Shown: positions 28,388 to 36,041 of the stretch, one piece after another
How positions within the stretch are numbered: position 1 is the first letter of the stretch
Layout of the letters: every line of letters starts with the position of its first letter
The notes under the pieces: model-generated
The model's database searches: none
What the model was told of the DNA's origin: nothing
The model's input: only the letters and a program-made list of their open reading frames with translations
Translations under genes and position numbers: made by a program
NCBI GenBank assembly: GCA_964571595.1
Contig: CAZNCJ010000002.1
Span: 13,321-77,320 of the forward strand
Source of the DNA: an uncultured Caulobacterales bacterium
Lineage (GTDB): Bacteria > Pseudomonadota > Alphaproteobacteria > Caulobacterales > Maricaulaceae
DNA: 64,000 bases
Direction: 5' to 3'

Positions 28388-28413
28388 CCCCGCACGCTTT
28401 GCGGGGTTTTTTT
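28388..28413 (+). terminator. Intrinsic terminator after rpsP
   Basis: A 7-bp stem forms between ccccgca and tgcgggg, followed by T7. Confidence 0.85.
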
Positions 28414-28436
28414 ATTTTGGAATTTTCAGCGCAGAG

Positions 28437-28509
28437 CTCATACAGGGACCTCATACGGAAGCCTCATACTGGTGGGGCTTCACACATGAGCCTCATATTG
28501 GGGCTTCGC
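28437..28509. repeat. Degenerate direct repeats (13 nt x3 plus one more copy) built on CCTCATA(C/T)
   Basis: Copies start at 28437, 28450, 28463 and 28492. The segment 28462-28482 (cctcatactggtggggcttca) closely matches 28491-28509, which is the 3' end and stop of the EamA gene. Confidence 0.8.
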
Positions 28510-29377
28510 TTTGAGGCGGTGGTTTATCGCGCGCGCCTAAAGCTTGATAAGTGACCCCGATCAGGACAATCGCGCCGCCAATAAGCGTTGTCAGACTCGG
28601 GACCTCTTTGACAAATATCCACACCCAAATCGGGCTTAGGACAACTTCAAGCAAAGCCAGTATTGAGACTTGCGCGGCAGGTACATGTTGTGCGCCCGTC
28701 ATCACAAGCACTGTTCCTAAGCCGACTTGGAAAATCCCTAATCCCAGACAAATTAACAAATCTTTCTGGGTCAGAATAAAACTCTCCATTAAGGGGAGCA
28801 TTAAAATAAGGGTCATTACGGCATTTAGCGTGCAGATCAGGATGATATTGGCGGTGGGCAATGTGCGTATGGTGACAATCGCACCTGCATAACAAATCGC
28901 CATCATACAGGCGAGCACCATGCCAAAAACGCCTTCGCCGTTTATATTCGTGCCAAAAATAACGCATACACCGATTAAGGCTATGAGCATGGCAAGTCCT
29001 GTGCGCTTATCGATTTTTTCTTTCAGAAACAGCCATGCCAAGACGGCGGCAAATAAAGGTGTCAGCGAGATGAAAAAGACGGCATTGGCAATGAGCGTAT
29101 ATTGAAATGACATGATGAGTAAAAAACCCGACATTGTCATGGCAAAGGCGGCCAACCACCCACGCCAGCTCAAACCCCTAAATGCAGCCTTGTAAGAATT
29201 TTTGCTTGTTATCAGAAAAATAAAGGTAAAAAAGATGGCTTGCGAGACAGCGCGGTAAAAGGCGATTTGAGGCCCGGTGGCCCCGTCCAGATTTCTGTCC
29301 CCTATGCCGAGAAGGGATAACATTACCCCGCCCAGTATTACCATAAAAACGGAGCGGCTATAATTTGACTGTGCCAC
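28493..29377 (-). CDS. EamA/DMT-superfamily transporter
   Basis: It has 10 predicted TM helices in two EamA-like halves. A GTG start is inferred. Confidence 0.8.
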   Translation of the reverse strand: MAQSNYSRSVFMVILGGVMLSLLGIGDRNLDGATGPQIAFYRAVSQAIFFTFIFLITSKNSYKAAFRGLSWRGWLAAFAMTMSGFLLIMSFQYTLIANAVFFISLTPLFAAVLAWLFLKEKIDKRTGLAMLIALIGVCVIFGTNINGEGVFGMVLACMMAICYAGAIVTIRTLPTANIILICTLNAVMTLILMLPLMESFILTQKDLLICLGLGIFQVGLGTVLVMTGAQHVPAAQVSILALLEVVLSPIWVWIFVKEVPSLTTLIGGAIVLIGVTYQALGARDKPPPQSEAPI

Positions 29378-29451
29378 GCGTAATACCCTTATCTATTTCG
29401 CTATGAACGCCACATTTTGCGGTCTTTGACAAGAGGAATTTAAAAAAGGGA

Positions 29452-29497
29452 AGGACAGCAGGACCAAGAGGGGAAGATCCTGCTGTCGGGAATACAG
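29452..29497 (-). terminator. Possible minus-strand terminator downstream of the SDR gene
   Basis: A perfect 10-bp stem forms between 29464-29473 and 29488-29497. On the minus strand it is followed by cttccc and then T6. The 6-nt gap between stem and T-run weakens the call. Confidence 0.4.
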
Positions 29498-29633
29498 AAA
29501 AAGGGGGAAACTGCATTCGTGTGTCTCGCTTCCGCGTCGACATCTGCATAAGAACCCAATGCGGGCGATTGTACAATAAAACTGTTTGTGAACACTGCGT
29601 GATGAAATGAACTTGTGTTCACATTCTCATTTC

Positions 29634-30467
29634 TTAGCGCATATCTTTGGCGTAGAAATCAATGAGTTTTGTATAAGCCCGCGGGAACAGACGCTGGGCT
29701 AAGGACATGATTTTTGCATCAGTGCCTACCACGATACGCTTATTGCCTTTGGCGGCTCCGGTTAAAATAATTTCGGCGGCTTTCTTTGGGGAGGTGAGGG
29801 CTTTTTTATCAAATTCGGCATCAAGTTCTTGGCGAGATTTATCCGGTTGATTATTGTGATCCAGCTCTGCATTGCGCGCAATATTAGTGGCAACCCCGCC
29901 CGGATGTACGCAGCAAACCGAGACACCTGTGCCTTGCAATTCTTGACTGAGAGCTTCTGAGAAACCTCTTACGGCAAATTTGGAGGCGCAATATTGTGTT
30001 TGTCCGGGAAAGCCTATCAGGCCAAAAACACTGGAGATATTCACAAGTGTCCCGCGGGTTTTAAGAAGTCCGTCAATAAAGGCTTTGCTCATACGCACCA
30101 CGCCCCAATAATTTATATCAATAACTTTTTCCATAGAGCTAAGCGGTGTATGAATAAAATCTCCGACACGCGCGACCCCGGCCACATTGAAAACATAATC
30201 CGGCGCGCCAAGGCTGGCTTTGACCTTCTGGGCATAGCTTGCAATGTCCTCGCCTTGGGAAATGTCCAATTGGTCTATCATGATACGATTAGATGTTTGT
30301 AGATCGGCCAGTTTTACCGTTTCTGCCAGCCCTTCCTCATTTATATCGCTAAGGGCGAGAACTGCCCCCGATTTTGCCAATTCCAAAGTCAGGGCGCGCC
30401 CAATACCGGAAGCCGCGCCTGTAATCACACAAATCTTACCCTTAAAGGCTTTTGTAAAATCTACCAT
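29634..30467 (-). CDS. Short-chain dehydrogenase/reductase (SDR) family oxidoreductase
   Basis: It has 'ITGAASGIGRAL' (the TGxxxGxG motif), 'SS' and the YCASK catalytic motif. Confidence 0.85.
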   Translation of the reverse strand: MVDFTKAFKGKICVITGAASGIGRALTLELAKSGAVLALSDINEEGLAETVKLADLQTSNRIMIDQLDISQGEDIASYAQKVKASLGAPDYVFNVAGVARVGDFIHTPLSSMEKVIDINYWGVVRMSKAFIDGLLKTRGTLVNISSVFGLIGFPGQTQYCASKFAVRGFSEALSQELQGTGVSVCCVHPGGVATNIARNAELDHNNQPDKSRQELDAEFDKKALTSPKKAAEIILTGAAKGNKRIVVGTDAKIMSLAQRLFPRAYTKLIDFYAKDMR

Positions 30468-30477
30468 GTGGTCCTAA

Positions 30478-31149
30478 CTAGCCATCTATTGACATGGCCA
30501 ATATGCGACTGAGTGTTGTAAAGTCATGTCCCGTCTCGTCATGCCAGCTATTAAAGGCGTTTTGTACTGCCAGCTTGGCACGTTTTGACGTGGCGGGTTT
30601 GTCAATAATGTCGGCGTGAATAAGGGCTGCTGTCACATCTTTGGAGAGGATAAAACTGGGCACACCTGAAAAGCGCAAGGCATAACAGGCCGTATTAGGG
30701 CCAAGATGTGAGCCGTTTTTCTGCAAATATTCCAACAGGCCTATGAAATTTTCTCGCGGCCAGTAGCGGATGAATTTATCGGCACTGCCTGCTTCTTCCG
30801 ACATTTTTTGGATCATGGCCGCATTGGGCGCAACGGTTTTGATTTTTACGGGATTGCGCACGATTCGCTTATCTGTGGTCAGTTTTTCCATATCGTCAAG
30901 ATCAATACGGGCGCAACGCGCTATATTAAATTTCCAGAAAACCTCTTCAAATCCGGCCCATTTCGCTTCTATGACCTTCCAGCTAAATCCGGCCTGAAAT
31001 ACACGTTTGGTAAATTCTGCCAACCATCTTTCATCGGATTTTGGCGCGCTATCATGCTGCATTTGCCCGGAAGAAATTTTGGACATGAGCATGTCTTCGC
31101 CGCCGTGGCGATACGCAGCGCGGTGTAAAACTGTCCTAAATGTCTCCAA
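30478..31149 (-). CDS. tag: DNA-3-methyladenine glycosylase I-like protein
   Basis: It has 'FQAGFSWKVIEAKWAGFEEVF' and an HhH-like 'IVRNPVKIKTV'. It lies 10 nt upstream of the SDR gene. Confidence 0.7.
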   Translation of the reverse strand: METFRTVLHRAAYRHGGEDMLMSKISSGQMQHDSAPKSDERWLAEFTKRVFQAGFSWKVIEAKWAGFEEVFWKFNIARCARIDLDDMEKLTTDKRIVRNPVKIKTVAPNAAMIQKMSEEAGSADKFIRYWPRENFIGLLEYLQKNGSHLGPNTACYALRFSGVPSFILSKDVTAALIHADIIDKPATSKRAKLAVQNAFNSWHDETGHDFTTLSRILAMSIDG

Positions 31150-31187
31150 ATGGTTTCTCCCGCATAAGCATCCATACTCTTATAGAT

Positions 31188-31775
31188 CTAATCTTGGAGC
31201 AGCTTTTCGACCAAATCAAGGGCTTGGGGGCTATCCCAATCGGCTTCACCGGGCAAACGGGCAATTTCTCTACCGGATTTATTGTAAAAAACACTTAGGG
31301 GCAGTCCGGGGACTTCAAGCCGCGTGGGCAAGTCAAAGCTCGCATCATGAAAAGCTGTGAGATTATCAATGTCATGTTTTTTAAACCAGTTCGCCGCATC
31401 TTGGGCTGTCCAGTCAAGGCTGATAGTGACGACTTGAAAATCCTGACCGCCCTTGAGCTTTTGTAATTCTGATAAGGTGGGCATTTCCGCCAGACAAGGC
31501 GCGCACCATGTCGCCCAGACATTAAGTAATATGACTTGTCCCTTATAATCGGATAGTTTCATCTCTTGGCCATCATCGGTTTGAAAGCTCAATTGGGGCT
31601 GCGCTGGCGGTTTTTGTAAAATCGTCAAACGCTTTAAACTCTGTTTAGCAAATTGATCTAAACCCGTTTTAGGGCTTTCACAGGCTTGAAAAAGGACTAT
31701 TAAGACGGCCATTAGGCCGATAAGGCACATCAAACGAATGGCGTTTGATAATGTAAAGAAAGACGCTTTGGACAT
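31188..31775 (-). CDS. tlpA: TlpA-family periplasmic thiol:disulfide oxidoreductase
   Basis: It has an N-terminal membrane anchor or signal and the thioredoxin motif 'WATWCAPC'. It is divergent from argH. Confidence 0.8.
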   Translation of the reverse strand: MSKASFFTLSNAIRLMCLIGLMAVLIVLFQACESPKTGLDQFAKQSLKRLTILQKPPAQPQLSFQTDDGQEMKLSDYKGQVILLNVWATWCAPCLAEMPTLSELQKLKGGQDFQVVTISLDWTAQDAANWFKKHDIDNLTAFHDASFDLPTRLEVPGLPLSVFYNKSGREIARLPGEADWDSPQALDLVEKLLQD

Positions 31776-33219
31776 GGCAAATACTCATAAGGCAAAATCG
31801 GGTTCTCGCAAAGCTCGGAAACCTCGTGCGACAAAAAGCGGCCAAAAAATGTGGGGTGGGCGCTTTAGCCGCTCACCAGATGCCCTCATGCAGGCCATTA
31901 ATGTCTCCATAGATTTTGACAAGCGTTTGGCTGATCAAGATATTCGCGGCTCTTTGGCCCATTCTGCCATGCTGGCGGAAAAGGGGATTATCACCAAAAA
32001 GGATATGCGCGCCATCCATAAAGGCCTCAAGGCAATAGCAAAGGAAATTAAAGCTGGCACATTTCCCTGGTCGCGCGAGCTCGAAGATATCCATCTGAAT
32101 ATCGAGGCCCGCTTGCGTGAAAATATTGGCGATGCGGCGGCGCGCTTGCATACGGGACGCTCACGTAATGATCAGGTCGCGACTGATTTTCGTCTCTGGT
32201 TGCGGGACTATCTGGACCAGTTCGACGTGCAGCTAGAAAGCCTTATGAAGGCTTTGCTAAAACAAGCCGCCAAGCATAGCGAGACGATTATGCCGGGCTT
32301 TACCCATCTCCAAAATGCGCAGCCTGTCACTTTTGGACATCATATGCTGGCCTATCTGGAAATGTTTTCCCGCGACCGGTCGCGTTTTCGCGACGCGCGC
32401 GCCCGCATGAATGAAAGCCCGCTCGGCGCGGCCGCCCTTGCAGGGACGCCTTATCCGATTGACCGTAAGATGACAGCCAAAGCGCTTGAGTTTTCACGTC
32501 CTATGGCCAATTCATTAGATGCGGTTTCAGCGCGGGACTTCGCGCTTGAGGCTCTATCCTGCGCCAGCATATGCGCGACCCATCTCTCCCGCCTATCTGA
32601 GGAGATCGTGATTTGGACATCCGCCCAGTTTCAATTTGTCAGCCTCAGTGATGCTTTCACGACGGGCAGTTCGATCATGCCGCAAAAACGCAATCCCGAC
32701 GCCGCAGAACTTGTGCGCGCCAAGGTTGGCCGTATTAGCGGTGCGCTCACCAGTCTTACCATTGTCATGAAAGGCCTGCCTTTAGCTTATTCCAAAGACA
32801 TGCAGGAAGACAAGGAACCTGTTTTTGATGCTTTTGAGGCGCTTGATGTCGGCCTTGCGGCTATGACAGGCATGGTGGCGGATATGACGCCGAATAAAGA
32901 CCGCCTGCTTGAAGCGGCGGGGGCAGCTTATTCCACCGCCACGGATTTGGCCGATTGGCTTGTGCGCAAATTAAATATGCCGTTTCGCGACGCCCATCAT
33001 GTGACGGGGACAATTGTAGCTTTGGCAGAGAAAAAAGGTCTTATGTTGGCCGAGCTTGCGCTTGCTGACATGCAGTCTGTCGAGCCTAAAATCACCAAAG
33101 ATGTTTATTCCGTTCTGACACCATTGGCTTCGGCCAAGTCCCGTATAAGTTACGGCGGTACCGCCCCGCGCGAAGTCAAGAAGCAGGTTAAACGCTGGCA
33201 GAAAAGTCTGGGTGTTTAA
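31738..33219 (+). CDS. argH: Argininosuccinate lyase
   Basis: It has 'MWGGRFS' and '[12 protein letters not shown]'. The true start is probably ATG 31774 or 31849. The longest ORF overlaps the tlpA 5' end on the other strand. Confidence 0.9.
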   Translation: MAFDNVKKDALDMANTHKAKSGSRKARKPRATKSGQKMWGGRFSRSPDALMQAINVSIDFDKRLADQDIRGSLAHSAMLAEKGIITKKDMRAIHKGLKAIAKEIKAGTFPWSRELEDIHLNIEARLRENIGDAAARLHTGRSRNDQVATDFRLWLRDYLDQFDVQLESLMKALLKQAAKHSETIMPGFTHLQNAQPVTFGHHMLAYLEMFSRDRSRFRDARARMNESPLGAAALAGTPYPIDRKMTAKALEFSRPMANSLDAVSARDFALEALSCASICATHLSRLSEEIVIWTSAQFQFVSLSDAFTTGSSIMPQKRNPDAAELVRAKVGRISGALTSLTIVMKGLPLAYSKDMQEDKEPVFDAFEALDVGLAAMTGMVADMTPNKDRLLEAAGAAYSTATDLADWLVRKLNMPFRDAHHVTGTIVALAEKKGLMLAELALADMQSVEPKITKDVYSVLTPLASAKSRISYGGTAPREVKKQVKRWQKSLGV

Positions 33220-33253
33220 AAGTTCTGGGTGTTTAAAAAGTCTGGGTGTTTAA
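33202..33253. repeat. Three tandem copies of a 16-17-nt unit AAAAGT(T)CTGGGTGTTT
   Basis: The units are at 33202-33217, 33218-33234 and 33235-33251. The first contains the argH stop. The last contains the stop of the convergent DUF1289 gene. Confidence 0.9.
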
Positions 33254-33441
33254 GACGAAGATAAAGTTTTTAGGCGATCCGCTAACTCTGTCATAATGAA
33301 AGCACGCTTGGCGTCTGAAAAACGTGTCCACATGGCAATTTCTTCGCGGGAGCGCCCACAGCCTTTGCATAAGGCACTTGCCAAATCCATTTCACATATA
33401 AGTTTACAAGGTGAACTGATTGTTGGCGTTTGCGAGAGCAT
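33250..33441 (-). CDS. DUF1289-domain small protein
   Basis: 'SPCKLICEMD...LCKGCGRSREEIAMW' matches the four-Cys DUF1289 pattern. Confidence 0.7.
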   Translation of the reverse strand: MLSQTPTISSPCKLICEMDLASALCKGCGRSREEIAMWTRFSDAKRAFIMTELADRLKTLSSS

Positions 33442-33452
33442 GCGGGTGTTTT

Positions 33453-34361
33453 TTATCCCGCCTCAGGGGCGTGTTGCGCAATAGCCTGAACAGGTTTTTG
33501 CGGCCCGCGCGGCTTACCTATGCCGAAACGCTTCATTGTTTTAATGCTCGGCACAGGTGAGAGCTTATAACCCCCGCCTTTAATTTCAATCCGGTCAACT
33601 TTTTGCGCAATCAAATCTTTAGCCGAGAAGACATGGCCTTGATTGTAAAAATCGGTATGGATATCAAAAGCCGTGTCACCAATATAGGCCGTAACAAGCG
33701 AAGGCGTGCTTGTGTCCTCATATTTTATATGCAGGTAATCCGTATCCGGCATGAAGGCGCGTAAGGCCCCCGGTACCATTTTTTTATATTGGGTTTTGCC
33801 GTCTTTTATACCGCGCTTTAGCTCAGCAATATCATGATGGCCGGACTTGTTTTTAAAATACGGTGTGAGGCCCATCTCGAAATAGAGGCTCTCATCATCC
33901 TCAGAAAGTCCGATACGGGCTTTATCGTCAATACAAATATCTGATTTAGCGGAGGACAGCTCGATCTTTTCGACAAAATCAGGCACGCTGCCGTCAGGTA
34001 GAATTGTGAAATCTACCGTGCCCAGCGGGGCTGCGATGAGCTCAGCATCAGTTTTGACAAATTTAGTGTTAGGCGGTGTTTTGAGGTAATACCGATCTGG
34101 TAGATTACCGCCGTCATAAATCAAAAAGCGCGGAGACACGACAATCTCTACCACGTCTTTATCCTCGGGATTAATTGTGGCCAATTGCGCCATTGTTTTC
34201 ACAGCATGTTTTGCTGGAAAGCAATAGGTCTCGCCGCGCACACCGTCTTGACGCTCAAAATCATTAGCGTAGCTGGGGAGGGCTTGACCGGCAGTTAGAA
34301 TAATCAGGCTTGTAAATATGGGGCGTAATTTAAGCATGGAGGCATTTTTCATAGCTTGCAT
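33453..34361 (-). CDS. Hypothetical secreted protein
   Basis: It has an N-terminal signal peptide ending in 'ALPSYA'. I recognised no family in the mature 270 aa. Confidence 0.55.
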   Translation of the reverse strand: MQAMKNASMLKLRPIFTSLIILTAGQALPSYANDFERQDGVRGETYCFPAKHAVKTMAQLATINPEDKDVVEIVVSPRFLIYDGGNLPDRYYLKTPPNTKFVKTDAELIAAPLGTVDFTILPDGSVPDFVEKIELSSAKSDICIDDKARIGLSEDDESLYFEMGLTPYFKNKSGHHDIAELKRGIKDGKTQYKKMVPGALRAFMPDTDYLHIKYEDTSTPSLVTAYIGDTAFDIHTDFYNQGHVFSAKDLIAQKVDRIEIKGGGYKLSPVPSIKTMKRFGIGKPRGPQKPVQAIAQHAPEAG

Positions 34362-34507
34362 AATTTTTCCAATGACAATTCAGTCATAATTCAGTGTTTT
34401 TACACATTGGGGTCTTATCAGTTAAGTCTTAATCAGGCTTGAATGTATTCAGACTCGACCAATCGGGATTAACGCAGTACAAGGCTGTAACGATTTGGAG
34501 TAATATT

Positions 34508-34657
34508 ATGAGCCGCAAACCCTATATATCTATACGCGTTATATCGAGTTTGATCTTGGGTGCGAGTTTTCTTAGTGCGTGCGGGATTAAGGGCGAGCTT
34601 AAACGCCCGGAACCGATCTTTGATAAATCGGCGAATATAACGGCTCCGAACCAATAA
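34508..34657 (+). CDS. Small lipoprotein (LptM/YifL-like) preceding lysA
   Basis: Starting at ATG 34508, it has the lipobox 'FLSACGIKGEL' followed by 'KRPEP'. It is 49 aa and sits in the typical position upstream of lysA. Confidence 0.55.
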   Translation: MSRKPYISIRVISSLILGASFLSACGIKGELKRPEPIFDKSANITAPNQ

Positions 34658-34726
34658 TTATAAGCTGAATTGATAAATTTTCCGGATGAACTTTGTGTTT
34701 GCCGTGAAATCTTTTAAGGCAAAATC

Positions 34727-35992
34727 ATGCGACATTTTGAATATAGAGACGGTGAAATATACGCCGAAGATGTGCCTTTACGCAAAATTGCACAAGAGAT
34801 AGGAACGCCCTGCTATATCTACTCCACGGCGACATTTAAACGCCATTATGAAGTGTTCTCAAACAGTTTTTCAGATGTGAAATCATTGGTCGCTTACTCG
34901 GTGAAGGCCAATTCAAACATTGCCGTTTTGGCGACATTGGCCAAGCTGGGTGCGGGCGCGGATGTCGTTAGCGGGGGAGAGCTGGCGCGGGCTTTGATTG
35001 CAGGTATTCCGGCCCGTAAAATTGTCTTTTCCGGCGTCGGTAAAACCCGTCAGGAAATGAGCGAGGCGCTGAGCGCGGGTATTCGCGTATTTAATGTTGA
35101 AAGCCTGCCGGAGCTATATGTGCTTAATCAACAGGCCCTCGATATGGGTCTTGTCGCCCCGATTGCCTTTCGCGTGAACCCGGATGTCACAGCAGGCGGA
35201 CACGAAAAAATTTCGACAGGGAAAAAAGAAAATAAGTTCGGTATAGCTTGGTCAAAAGCCGAGGCGGCTTATGCAGAAGCCGCCAAATTAGAGGGTATTA
35301 AAATTGTCGGTGTCGATGTGCATATCGGCAGCCAGATTGCGAGCTTGGAGCCCTTTGAGCGCGCCATTGCAAAAGTTGGCGGCCTGATAGAAAGGCTGCG
35401 TAAGGCTGGTCATAAGATTGTCAGCTTTGATGTTGGTGGCGGGCTGGGTATTCCGTATGGCAATAACACCCCCGCCCCGCCGACCCCGTCTGATTACGGG
35501 GCTATGGTCAAGCGCCTGACGCGGGATATGGATATCGAATTGATCTTTGAACCGGGTCGGATGATTTCGGGTAATTCAGGGGTTCTGCTTTCTAAGGTCG
35601 TATATGTTAAAACAGGTGAAGACCGTAAATTTTTAATCGTAGACTCAGCGATGAATGATTTGATCCGTCCCGCCCTTTATGATGCCTATCACGAAATTGA
35701 ACCGGTCAAAGCACCGGGCGGAGATTATAAAGAAGAGATATATGATGTTGTCGGGCCGATATGTGAAAGCGGGGACACATTTACGAAATCTCGCGCTTTG
35801 CCGGAAATGCGCGCGGGCGATCTGATTGTCATGCATTCGGCAGGGGCTTACGGCGCGGCGCAATCCAGCCAGTATAATACGCGTCCGCTTGTGCCAGAAG
35901 TCTTGGTTAAAGGGAACAGATATGAGGTCATTCGCGCAAGACCGTCAATTGAAGATATGCTAAAAATGGAGAAACTGCCGGACTGGCTGTAA
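34727..35992 (+). CDS. lysA: Diaminopimelate decarboxylase
   Basis: 'YSVKANSN' contains the PLP lysine, with 'GGGLGIPY' and 'CESGD' also present. Confidence 0.95.
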   Translation: MRHFEYRDGEIYAEDVPLRKIAQEIGTPCYIYSTATFKRHYEVFSNSFSDVKSLVAYSVKANSNIAVLATLAKLGAGADVVSGGELARALIAGIPARKIVFSGVGKTRQEMSEALSAGIRVFNVESLPELYVLNQQALDMGLVAPIAFRVNPDVTAGGHEKISTGKKENKFGIAWSKAEAAYAEAAKLEGIKIVGVDVHIGSQIASLEPFERAIAKVGGLIERLRKAGHKIVSFDVGGGLGIPYGNNTPAPPTPSDYGAMVKRLTRDMDIELIFEPGRMISGNSGVLLSKVVYVKTGEDRKFLIVDSAMNDLIRPALYDAYHEIEPVKAPGGDYKEEIYDVVGPICESGDTFTKSRALPEMRAGDLIVMHSAGAYGAAQSSQYNTRPLVPEVLVKGNRYEVIRARPSIEDMLKMEKLPDWL

Positions 35993-36041
35993 ATTTCTCA
36001 AAATTAACGAGATTTTCCAAAAATCTGGCGTATAAAGACCT

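Noticed and set aside
31738-31775. Apparent 38-nt overlap of the 5' ends of divergent argH and tlpA.
   Set aside because: This is most likely an artefact of taking the longest argH ORF. The in-frame ATGs at 31774 and 31849 ('MWGGRFS') give conventional divergent geometry.
28493-31775. The minus-strand run tlpA-tag-SDR-EamA as a possible genomic island or detoxification cassette.
   Set aside because: There are no mobility genes, flanking repeats or tRNA. The genes belong to common housekeeping or accessory families, and nothing indicates a functional link beyond co-orientation.
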